Of a DNA stretch of 64,000 nt, positions 1 through 13,100 are shown piece after piece. This DNA comes from Eledone cirrhosa. Taxonomy: Eukaryota. Numbering within the stretch: position 1 is the stretch's first letter; each line of letters begins with the position of its first letter. The notes below the pieces were generated by a model, which worked only from the letters and a program-made list of their open reading frames with translations, was not told the DNA's origin and did not search any database. Where the stretch lies: positions 129,332,001 through 129,396,000 of the forward strand of contig OZ024741.1 in the NCBI GenBank assembly GCA_964016885.1, written 5' to 3'. Both the position numbers and the translations under genes were made by a program.

Positions 1-473
1 TGCTCTAGTTTTGATTTAATCGACTTTCCCCTCCATCAAAATTGTTGGCTTTGTGTCAAAAGTAGAAACAATTATTACACACACACATTCATAACATAGC
101 ATAAACACATCATCATCAGCAGCGGCACCACTAAAACTGTCAATATTACTATATAGTTTTTCTGCCCCAGGACCTTTCCTCTTCCCTTCAAAATTGCTGA
201 CCTTGTGCCAAAAGTAGAAACAATTATTACACACACATACACACACACACCACACACACACATACACACACACCACACACCACACACACCACACACACAT
301 ACACACACACATACACACACACATACACACACACACCACACACACATACACACATACACACACCACACACACATACACGCACACACAAACATGCACATCC
401 ACGACATAACATGAACACATAATATAATGAAACTGCATGTACCTATACCTACCATATTATTTCTCTTGTCCAG

Positions 474-669
474 GAGTGCCAGCAGAAAGCTTCACTGGAA
501 CAAGTGATATGTGCTGACCGTCAGTCTTTAGTGTCTGAAGTGAGAGACATGAAAGCTAAACTAGCCATCATGCAACTGCAACACCATGAGGACAAGGAGC
601 AACTGACCGATAAACTACATGAACTGGAGAAGCTGAGATGTAAACGGGAAGAGCAGTTACAGAGACACA
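474..669 (+). CDS. AKAP9/PCNT: Exon 1 of window (ECQQKASLEQVICADRQSLVSEVRDMKAK...EEQLQRH)
   Basis: Acceptor ttctcttgtccag, donor gtgagt, 196 nt, phase 0 to 1. DRQSLVSEV resembles the DRxSLLSEI motif of AKAP9/PCNT. Confidence 0.88.
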
Positions 670-1503
670 GTGAGTTTATATAAAGTGATGGTGGTGGTGG
701 TGGTGTTAGTGGTAACTGGTAGTTGTAGTCTATCTCTCTGCCTATCTATTTATCTATTTTTCCTCCCTCACTACTGTGTATGTGTGTCTGTGAGTACATT
801 TACTTACCTCTTTACCCACTTACCTTACTGTCTCCTTTGCACTTTTGTTTCTCTGTCTTTCCCACTTCCTCTCTCCTACACTCACACTCTCATTCTCTTC
901 CTTCTCTCTTTCACTCACTCCTTTTCCTCTCACGCTCTCTTCCTCTGTCTATCACACTCTCTTTATCTCTCACTCCTTTTTTGGTTCTCATACTGTCTCA
1001 AGTCTCTCACATTCACTCACTTCTCTACCAATCACTCTCAGTCTCTCTCTCTCTCTCACACCGTTTCTTCCTCTCTCTTGCACACAGTCTCTACCTCCCT
1101 CTCCCCTCTCTCTCTCTTTCTCCCTCTCTCTCTCTTTCTCACTCCTCCCCTCTCGTCTCATTTCAGTCAAATTGCTGGAATACCGTCTGGAGCAGTCTCG
1201 TGTCATCCAGGATGACTTGCACTCGTCCATCGAGATGGAGAGGAAGCGTACATCAGAGCTGGCCAGTGAGCTGACCAAGTCAAAGGCCCGCACGATGGAC
1301 CTGAATGGTGAAGTAACCAACCTACAGGTGAACCTGGCCAAAGTGAAGGATGCCTTTGAACAGGAACACAGTCGCTACCTATCTCTCATGTAAGTATCCT
1401 ACCACTGTTCAGCAGCTTCAATATTTCATCTTATTACTCTTCACCTTTCACACATTTCACCCTTAATCTATTCTACTGAAGCTACAACTACTAATGCTAA
1501 TAT

Positions 1504-1535
<32 letters not shown>

Positions 1536-2545
1536 GGTGTTGATGTTGTTGTTGGTTGGCATTTTAACTCTGAACATCCTGTATTGATTTAGGCAGAAGA
1601 TATCTAAAAATGGGTTTACTAATAGACAGATCATTGTGAAAAATTGCAGTATTAGAATAATGAGTTTAATGTGCTATTTCGTATTTTTCAAGAATGTCTT
1701 ACTTAGGTGGTTTCATGTGGTACAGGATGTTAGGAGTTAAATTACTTGCTGCTTATGTGTTGGGTGAGCACATGTCCTCTTCTCTTTCTACATGTCTCTT
1801 GGTGTTCAAGTGGCTAGCAAGAGGATAAAATTTGTCCTGGTTAAGATGCTAATCCCCTTTATAGGTGACTTTCCCAGATGAATTAAACTGGATAGATACA
1901 TTAACATTTGGCATCATAAAGTTAGGGCATCTCTATGTCTTGTGAGATAGATATGTGACAACAAAAGAATTGCCTCTCTTCGGAAAGACTAGATTGTATG
2001 ATGTGTGTGTACTAGGTGCAGTGTTGCATGGTAGTAAAACATGGACATTAAATGTGGTGAAAAGAAATGAGGTAAGTATGCTTCTCTGGATGTGTAATGT
2101 TAGGATACATGGATGACTGAGCTCAAAGCTGAAAAGAAAAAAAAAAGAACTGGATATAAGGGAAATCAGAAGTAGTGTTTAAAGAGAGAAGACAGCTGGT
2201 AAAGACATTTGATACATATTGGGGAGGACAGTTAGGTAAAAAATATTGCCAAGTGATTCAACTGGAAAAAAATATTGCAGAAGAGGAAGACCTGAGACGA
2301 ACTTGTGAAAGCTGATCTCATGAAGAAGATAACAAAGGAGTGAAACAAGTAGTGATATGCTATGATGGAGAAAACCTATATACATATATATATATATATA
2401 TATACATATATATAAACCTATATACATATATATTTAATGCGATGAAATACCAATGATGGTTGGAAAGTCACTGACGAAGGACTATTTTTATCATATGTAA
2501 CCCATGTGCAAACCACGCAGTATTCTTCTTTCTTCTCATGTTTTT

Positions 2546-2579
<34 letters not shown>

Positions 2580-3453
2580 CATACATATATACATATATAT
2601 ACATATATATATATACATATATATATACATATATATCGACTTTTGTCTAATCGGACCGAGGAAACAATGTTTCCGTTGGTCTTTCCAATTGCTAATACTA
2701 TCTATAAAAGGTAAACAGAAATAACAACACAATCGGTAGAGTATATGGAAGGTATATATTAGGTTAACGCTTGATATAGCAGGAAGAGGGTCTTTACGTT
2801 TCGGACGCTAGTACTTCATCAGAAGAAAGAATGACAAATAAAATAGTTTGCCAATTACGGGTTAAATAACTTCACCAACTCACAATTGGTCAAGTGTGGT
2901 GGGTTAGCTACACCAATCTAACAATAACTTTTCACCACCTGTCTTAGAAGTCCTAAAGAAAATCATTATTGGAGACTGCCATCTCACCATTTTCAGAGGC
3001 TCTAAAGAAAAGAGAGCACTGCCTTTCCTTCTCAAAGTAGAATAGAAAAATACTGAAATATGTTTGTATATACAATAGAGCTAGTGGTATGGTGTTTTAA
3101 CTCTAAATTCTCGTGCCACTATGTTTTGTCTACCTCTATTTCTCTGCAGGTGTTTGTGGGAGGAGATGCTGTAAGTTCAAATCCACACTAAACCTCCATC
3201 ACTATTTTTTAATTTTTTTAATTATTTATTTATTTTATTATTGCTGTTTTACATTTGAAAGGATTTTTCTCTTCCTATCTCTCTATTTTCCACTGTCTCC
3301 CTTCCCTCTCTGATTCCTTCTTTCTCTTCACTTTCTCTCCCTCACTTTATTATTTCTCTCTCACCATCTTTTACTTTCTCTTTCTCTCTCTCTATCTTTC
3401 TTTAGTTCTTCTCTCTCACGCTATCTGTGTTGTGTGATTTACTTCTATCTTTT

Positions 3454-3524
<71 letters not shown>

Positions 3525-4115
3525 GTGTGTGTGTGTGAGGCTTGGCAATTTTTTTCATGCACCAGCATTAGGAATCTTGATGGAAAGGCATGAGTGTAAC
3601 CACATACCATTTCCATTTTCCCTTATATAGTAATATAAGGAATTAGTGTAATTATTGAAGTAAATCTGCAACCTGCACAATCTGTAATCTAGCTTCAATA
3701 ATTGATTGGTTGGTCCCAAATGAGTTAAAGCAGAAATTATAGTATTGAACTAAATGTCTTCCGGTATCTGGTTTCACTTCTCTGCCATTTGGAGTTGAAA
3801 TCCCATCCAATATATGTACCAGTCATGTATTGAGGTTGATTGAACCAATCAAGCACCTTCCCCTTAAAATGTATGGTTGTGTCCCAAATTTTAGACACAT
3901 TACTGCTGCTACTGCTGCTGCAATCAGGATTCACTCTACCAGCACCCTCTATTGCCATCACCAATTCTGTTGCAAATGATACTGCTGCTGTTGTTGCTGT
4001 TGTTGATGCTATAGCTTTTGTTGTTGTTTATAATGTATTGAAATTGACCTTGAGTTAGAATCTAGGTTAATTTTCAATAAATGAATATCCACTCAACATT
4101 TCTAACAAAAGAAAT

Positions 4116-4181
<66 letters not shown>

Positions 4182-7100
4182 CATCATCATCATCACTGTT
4201 TAACATCCATTTTTTTAATGCTAGCATGGGTTAGGCAAGTTGTCCCATTGTGAGATAGTCTTGCTCATATAGAACTGTTTCTGGCTTGGTTTCTACGGCT
4301 GGATGCCCTTCCTAACACCAACCACATTTACAGTGTGGACTGGGTTCTTTCTATCATGTCACCACCACAACCACATTTTGTAAATGTGGACTGGGTGCTT
4401 TCTATCATGTCACCACCACAACCACATTTACAGTGTGGACTGGGTTCTTTCTATCATGTCACCACCACAACCACATTTACAGTGTGGACTGGGTGCTTTC
4501 TATCATGTCACCACCACAACCACATTTACAGTGTGGACTGGGTACTTTCTATCATGTCACCACCACAACCACATTTACAGTGTGGACTGGGTGCTTTCTA
4601 TCATGTCACCACCACAACCACATTTACAGTGTGGACTGGGTGCTTTCTATCATGTCACCACCACAACCACATTTACAGTGTGGACTGGGTGCTTTCTATC
4701 ATGTCACCACCACAACCACATTTACAGTGTGGACTGGGTGCTTTCTATCATGTCACCACCACAACCACATTTACAGTGTGGACTGGGTACTTTCTATCAT
4801 GTCACCACCACAACCACATTTACAGTGTGGACTGGGTGCTTTCTATCATGTCACCACCACAACCACATTTACAGTGTGGACTGGGTGCTTTCTATCATGT
4901 CACCACCACAACCACATTTACAGTGTGGACTGGGTGCTTTCTATCATGTCACCACCACAACCACATTTACAGTGTGGACTGGGTGCTTTCTATCATGTCA
5001 CCACCACAACCACATTTACAGTGTGGACTGGGTGCTTTCTATCATGTCACCACCACAACCACATTTACAGTGTGGACTGGGTGCTTTCTATCATGTCACC
5101 ACCACAACCACATTTACAGTGTGGACTGGGTACTTTCTATCATGTCACCACCACAACCACATTTACAGTGTGGACTGGGTGCTTTCTATCATGTCACCAC
5201 CACAACCACATTTACAGTGTGGACTGGGTGCTTTCTATCATGTCACCACCACAACCACATTTACAGTGTGGACTGGGTGCTTTCTATCATGTCACCACCA
5301 CAACCACATTTACAGTGTGGACTGGGTGCTTTCTATCATGTCACCACCACAACCACATTTACAGTGTGGACTGGGTGCTTTCTATCATGTCACCACCACA
5401 ACCACATTTACAGTGTGGACTGGGTGCTTTCTATCATGTCACCACCACAACCACATTTACAGTGTGGACTGGGTGCTTTCTATCATGTCACCACCACAAC
5501 CACATTTACAGTGTGGACTGGGTTCTTTCTATCATGTCACCACCACAACCACATTTACAGTGTGGACTGGGTGCTTTCTATCATGTCACTACCACAACCA
5601 CATTTACAGTGTGGACTGGGTGCTTTCTATCATGTTACCACCACAACCACATTTACAGTGTGGACTGGGTGCTTTCTATCATGTCACCACCACAACCACA
5701 TTTACAGTGTGGACTGGGTGCTTTCTATCATGTCACCACCACAACCACATTTACAGTGTGGACTGGGTGCTTTCTATCATGTCACCACCACAACCACATT
5801 TACAGTGTGGACTGGGTGCTTTCTATCATGTCACCACCACAACCACATTTACAGTGTGGACTGGGTACTTTCTATCATGTCACCACCACAACCACATTTA
5901 CAGTGTGGACTGGGTTCTTTCTATCATGTCACCACCACAACCACATTTACAGTGTGGACTGGGTGCTTTCTATCATGTCACCACCACAACCACATTTACA
6001 GTGTGGACTGGGTTCTTTCTATCATGTCACCACCACAACCACATTTACAGTGTGGACTGGGTACTTTCTATCATGTCACCACCACAACCACATTTACAGT
6101 GTGGACTGGGTACTTTCTATCATGTCACCACCACAACCACATTTACAGTGTGGACTGGGTGCTTTCTATCATGTCACTACCACAACCACATTTACAGTGT
6201 GGACTGGGTGCTTTCTATCATGTCACCACCACAACCACATTTACAGTGTGGACTGGGTTCTTTCTATCATGTCACCACCACAACCACATTTACAGTGTGG
6301 ACTGGGTGCTTTCTATCATGTCACCACCACAACCACATTTACAGTGTGGACTGGGTTCTTTCTATCATGTCACCACCACAACCACATTTACAGTGTGGAC
6401 TGGGTACTTTCTATCATGTCACCACCACAACCACATTTACAGTGTGGACTGGGTGCTTTCTATCATGTCACTACCACAACCACATTTACAGTGTGGACTG
6501 GGTGCTTTCTATCATGTTACCACCACAACCACATTTACAGTGTGGACTGGGTGCTTTCTATCATGTCACCACCACAACCACATTTACAGTGTGGACTGGG
6601 TGCTTTCTATCATGTCACCACCACAACCACATTTACAGTGTGGACTGGGTGCTTTCTATCATGTCACCACCACAACCACATTTACAGTGTGGACTGGGTG
6701 CTTTCTATCATGTCACCACCACAACCACATTTACAGTGTGGACTGGGTGCTTTCTATCATGTCACCACCACAACCACATTTACAGTGTGGACTGGGTGCT
6801 TTCTATCATGTCACCACCACAACCACATTTACAGTGTGGACTGGGTACTTTCTATCATGTCACCACCACAACCACATTTACAGTGTGGACTGGGTACTTT
6901 CTATCATGTCACCACCACAACCACATTTACAGTGTGGACTGGGTGCTTTCTATCATGTCACCACCACAACCACATTTACAGTGTGGACTGGATGCTTTTT
7001 GTCATGGTACCTACATGACCACCCTACAGTGTGAACTGAGTACTTTTTGTGTGGCACCGAAACTACCACTTTTCCGGGTGGTTCAGGCATTTTTTGTCAT

Positions 7101-10100
7101 ACCACCATCATGACTACTTTACAGGGTGGACTGGCCGTTTATTGTCGCTAACATGACCACTCTACAGGGTGGACTGGGCACTTTTGTTGTGTCACCTACA
7201 ACGCCACCTGGGAAGGCTGATGGAGTACTCTTTGTCATGTCACCAACATGCTCACACCACAGGGCAGACTAGGTGCCTTCTGTCATGTCACCAACATGCC
7301 CATGTTACAGGGTTGGCTGGGCACCACTTGTTGTGTCACCAACATGACCACCTTACAGGGTAAACTGGGTGCTTATTTTTCATATCACCATGACCACCTT
7401 GCACGGAGGGCTGGGTGCTCTTTTGTTATGGCACCAACATGGTACACCTTACATGGTAAACTAGAAGCTTTTGTTGGGTCACCAGCATGACCACCTTACA
7501 TGGTTGAGTGAGAGCTATTAGCCATTTCAGCAGCATTGTGGGAGAGCATGTTCATCTTTCCTTGCTTGTCAATATATATATGTAAAATGTATGTGTGAGT
7601 ATCATTTTTATATTGACTTTTCCATGCTGGCATGAACTACTGACCTCTCACTTGCTAGCAGAGAAGATGATGTTAAATGATGATGATGATGATGATGATG
7701 ATTTTATATATATATATATATATATATATAAGGGGACGGACTCTCATGTGACCAACATCGAATTCTTCCATCTTCTTATCGATAGCCTAGAAGGATACAC
7801 ATAATGTTGAGTGCTTTAGCCTAACTGCATCATCATTTACTGATTGGAGTGTTGCATATGCAACTTTACTTAGTCGACATCTTATAGCAACAAATATATA
7901 TATATACACACACACACACAAACACACGTGTGTGTATAAAATATGTCTTCTGACATTTATATTTTATGTATTAGGCTGAGTGATAATTCATGAGCGTTTT
8001 TTTTTTTATTTTAAAATGCGCAGACCAAAAGATTTAGGCAAAAAACGCTCAAGAATTATTACTCAACCTAATATATGTTATTCTGTCCACTACCAAAGAC
8101 ATGTATACCTACATATATATATGCAAACATAGAAAATCAGACATAAAAAAAGGTGATGATGATTATGGGTCCATAAATATAAACCTTTTCTAGTCCCAAG
8201 AAGGATCCCTACAAATGGTTGATAGCTTCTGCTACCTAGTAGATCTATTTAGCAGTGGACGAGGTTGCTCCGAGAGCATAGTAGCTACATTTCTCAACAT
8301 ATTAGCATGCTAATTAATGTTTCAAAACCTACTCTAGCATTAGCTCTGTATTTAATATAAAGTGTTCTTTTTCATTTATCTAGTCAACAGAAACTCTTGA
8401 TACTATATATTTAAATACATATATTTTATATACAAACACATACACACACACAGAAGCATGTACCCATACACTCAGAAACAGACATGTATTATTATCATTT
8501 TTATTATTGTTATTATTATTATGGTGGTAGATTGTCAGCATCAATAGAGCGTTGGATAACATGCTCACAGCATAGAGTTACATCCCTTTATGTTCTGAGT
8601 TCAAAACCCACCAAGGTTAGCTTTGCCTGTCATCCTTATGGGGTTGATAAAACAAAGCACCAGTAATGAACTGGGGTCGATTTAATCGTTTTTCCCCTCC
8701 CTATTATTAATGTATAAAAATTAATAATTGAAATATATCAATTGTCAGGGCTGCACTGGAAGAAGAGAAAGTCCGCACTACAGAATTAATTGAACAGCTT
8801 GAGGGCGAGAAGGAGAACGTTCGACATCTTGAAGATGACCTTGAAAACATCACGGGTCAACTGGGCAAAGAACGTGACCTTGAATACCAGGTGAGTCTTA
8901 AATTTTGGGGTGGCGTCATGGAGATGGTTGTTGTTGTGGTTGTATTGATCAGTGTTTGTGGTTGTGGTGCTCAATGTACAGTGGTAGAGTTTCTGTATTA
9001 TATTAAGTTTGTATATCTAAAAATACACACATACTCACATGTAGATATGCTTATACATGCTATCATCCTCCTCCTCATCATCATTATATAGTTTACCCCT
9101 TTAGCATTTAAACTGGCCGTATCCAGCCGGAAATTTCACATTTCTTTCTGTTCAAACCGGGTATAACTACTCATACTTATGTTAAGGTATTGTTCTCAAA
9201 ATAAATATCAAAATCTCGTAGATTCATTATTATGTGAGATAATTATGTGAAATAAAGTGCTTACTTCATATTTATTATTGTATTTTCATGGTAATGTAAA
9301 TGCTAAAGGGTTAAATATATATATATGTATATACACACAGGTGCATGTGTATATACATACATACATACATACATACATAAATACATGCACACACATACAC
9401 ATTATGCTTTATATTTTATATTCCATGCAGCATTTGTATTTGGCCCTGGAAAATGAGAAAGAGAAGCTGAATGAATCTAGTGCTGTGGCTCGTGAAAAGC
9501 TGGCAGAGAACCTCTCACTACAACAAGAAATAGAGGCCCAGAGACTAAGGTGTGAATCTATCACCGCCAAGTATGAACTTAGTGTGGCCCAGTTGAACTC
9601 CCGATTAGCAGATGAACAATCTTTGAATGAACAGCTTACAAGGTAAGGCCTTCATCATCTTATTTTTTGTAGCTAATGTTTTTTGTTAGTTCTGATTTGG
9701 TGTGTAACTATATTTCACAATACTTCATATAATATATATACATTTATTAATCACTAAGTCCTGATAGAGTCATAGCAGTGCCATAGTGACATACAGCATG
9801 TCTTGGATATGTTGAACCTGGTAGAGACCCTTCCCTTTCCAGGTCTGAACACAGCTGCTTTCTTCCAGAAGCAGGAAAGATAGAGAGTGTGTGATAGTGA
9901 AGAAATGAGGAAGAATTGACCTTAATATCTGACTGCTGCTTTTTTTTCTCAACCTCGAAAGGATGGAAGGTCTTGGACTTAGAGCACAGGAAGTCAGAAC
10001 AAATACCTCAAAGCACTCTAATGGCTCTGCCAATTCACCTCGCCATATAAACTGTACTAGTCTAATACTCACACACACATTAGTAGCATAATTCGAATTT

Positions 10101-13100
10101 GCCCAGATTGATTAATGCTTAAACTAAATGCGATTACATGTATTCATTACATTTAGAGTAAATTACTTTAAAAAGAGTTTAACAATCTTCAGTTGGTCTG
10201 GAAATATGTATTTACTTAGAATTCTGTATTTACTTAGAATTCTGACATCTAAAGTCAGAAGATGCTTCTATGATATTAAGCTGTTTATTTTAAAACTTTC
10301 CATCATAATTTTATGTAAGAACCTTTATTAGGTTATGTTCCAAATACCAACTTAATAAAAAGGAAGTTAGTTATATTACTACTAGATTCTTGATCATTTT
10401 CAAAAGGATTTGAAACACATTGAGAGTATTTTTCTAGAAACATGGTAATGAAAGGCTTATAGCAAAGAAGTAAGTATTGGTCTAACTGTCTAAACTCTGT
10501 CTCAAGCCAGGTGACTCACCAGGCCAGTGCTTATCCCAGTTTTAGTGGCAAGAAGTGACCAAGAGTACTAGACTTCTCCTTGGACAAGATGCCAGTCCAT
10601 TGCAGAGTTAAATCTCAAGCTATTGCTGGTACTTATTTTCAGCTGAGTATACTGGAGTAACGTGAAATATAGTGTTTTGCTCAAGAACACAACACAACTC
10701 AGTCAAGGATTCAAACCCATGACATTGTGATCGTAAGTCCAATACCCTCACCACTAGGCCAGACACTGGGGTAAGGTGAAATGTCTGTTTGATGAAGGAT
10801 GATTTGGGGTTAACCTGTTTTTTTATTTACACTGTCTTTCATCTATTTCTGTTTTGTTTCTGTAGTAACCTAACCAAGGAGAGGAACCTTAATGTACAAC
10901 TGAAGCAGTCATTGGACAAAGTGTGTAGTATTCGACAAGACACATGCGAGCGAGACCGAGCCACCATCACTGACCTACACAGCATGCTAGAGGCTGAACG
11001 AAGTAGTGTGACGGACCTTCAGCGACAGCTGGACACTGTGAGGGGGGAATATCAGGCAAGAATCTCATCTTTCACAACTCAGCACCAGTCAGTCAAAGAT
11101 TCTCTAGAGAAGGAAACAGCCAAATATCACAAACTGAAAGTGAAGTCTGATATCTTCGAGGTATGTTGTTGCACTTTTGTGACTTTTGTTGTTGTTTTTT
11201 GTGAAGATGATAGTGTGTGATTGGAGGTGTTTCACTTATGAGTCTTTTTCTTTGTGAAGATAATTATGTGGATTGGTTGTAAACATGGATGTTTGCTATT
11301 TATAGTAGGTCAGTTAATATCTTGAAAGTTCCTTGATTTTTTTTTTGTGTGTATGGCTATTGATGGTATCATTGTTGTCATGTAGAATCAACAGACTGAC
11401 CTGCAACGTCAGCTAGACTATGAGAAAGAGCGAACAATCCGTCTTCAGGCAGAAAAGCACAGCCTGACCCTTGAACTTCAGAACCTGCGCCAGCGGGAGA
11501 AGGAACGGTATATCATTGCTGAGAATGAGAAATTAGCCAACAGCAGGAATGTAAAACAGATGGCACGCCAATTAGAAAGTCAGAAGATTGCCATGGTAAG
11601 TTTATCTGTAGTATATACTAGACCACCCATGACCCGTTGGGTCACGTTCACTTAAAAATATTTTTTTAAAAATCATGTTCATTTAGAAATAATTAAAATA
11701 TACACAGACATGAATATATAATGTAAAATGAAATTGGAAGGCCCATATACAGGGTGCGGACGATATTTGTTCGCAAGATTACTATCTAGGAAAAAATAAC
11801 ACAGTAGTTTTATTTTTTAAGATATATTTATCAAACTTGGGTCAGTTTGTCTTCATGACTTGTTCTTTCGATCTCACTCGATAAACCCGCCATTGGCTTT
11901 GATGACGGCCTCAAGGCGGCCTCGGAACCGGCTACAGGCCTTCATCACTGTCCCCCGACTTAGGCCCCTAAAGGCACTTGTGATCCTGGCCTTCAGATCG
12001 TCTTTCGTATTGCAGCTAGATCTGTTGGTGTCTCGTTCCACTGCACCCCACACAAAGAAGTCGAGGGGGTTGCAGTCAGGCAAGCTGGGAGGCCAGATGT
12101 CAGGTGAAGTGTGGTCGACGAAGTTCTCTGACAGCCAGGCTTGGGTCTTTCGGCTGGTATGACAGGGCGCTGAGTCTTGCTGCCGCACGTACGGCCTACT
12201 TGCAGCTACCTGGTCGATCCAGGGCTTTACTACCTCACTCAGAACGCGGATGTAGCCATCGGTGTTCAGCTTGAGGCCCTCAGGGAAGAAGTGAGGTGGC
12301 ATGACGTCACCTTGACTGCTGACGACACCTAAGACCAATGTTGTCGCTGGAAACTTTGTCTGCGTGACTCTAGGCACGTCTTTGGATGAGACAGCGAGCC
12401 ACCTGTTGTTCTGGGAGTTGATCTTCTGGTCTTGGCAGAAGTTTTTCTCGTCGGAGAAAAACCACAGCATGTCTGGCTCCAGTGGGTTTCAACTTGTTGA
12501 TCAGCTTCTTTGCGTGCTTCAGTCGCTTTTCTTGCATCGCCTTTGACAGAAATTGTCCTTTCCTCATCTTGTATGAAACGTAGCCAAATTTTCAGTCCCT
12601 GCCAGAGCAAGGTGCAACACATGGCCAACCCTGGCCAGATTTGCCTACCAGCATGGACAACCCGTCTAACCCATGCAAAAATAAAAAAATTAGCATTAAA
12701 CAGAAATGATGATGATGATGATATATATGTGTATATATGTATACACACACACATATACATACACACTTATGTATACACACATGTATATTCACTCTCTCTC
12801 TCTTTATCTCTTGACTTGCAGCACCAGAATGAAGTTGAAGTGGACCGACTGCAGGAAAAGGTGCAGGACTTAGAAACTGACTTACAGAACTCAAGGCTGC
12901 GTGAGAGGCAGTTGGTGCATGAGATAGAGTACACTAAACTGCGCAGTCCCCAGCAACTGGAATATTTTACTGCACACATCAGACCAGATATGATGGTCAG
13001 TGTCTTCCTTATACACTATGTATGTCTGTCTGTGTGTGTGTGTCACTGTATGTCTGTATATGTGTTTATTAGAGCATGTCTGTATAGGTTAATGTATGTA

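Noticed and set aside
16-455. VC/HT/YI-rich short ORFs here and throughout the window
   Set aside because: They are translations of (CA)n and (TA)n microsatellites.
4326-6995. CRISPR-like regular array
   Set aside because: Units are head-to-tail with no unique spacers, there are no cas genes, and the context is a eukaryotic intron.
4335-7113. Three ~900-aa His/Cys/Trp-rich ORFs
   Set aside because: A stop-free 49-bp unit cycles through all frames, giving the same peptide three times. It is intronic and SINE-derived.
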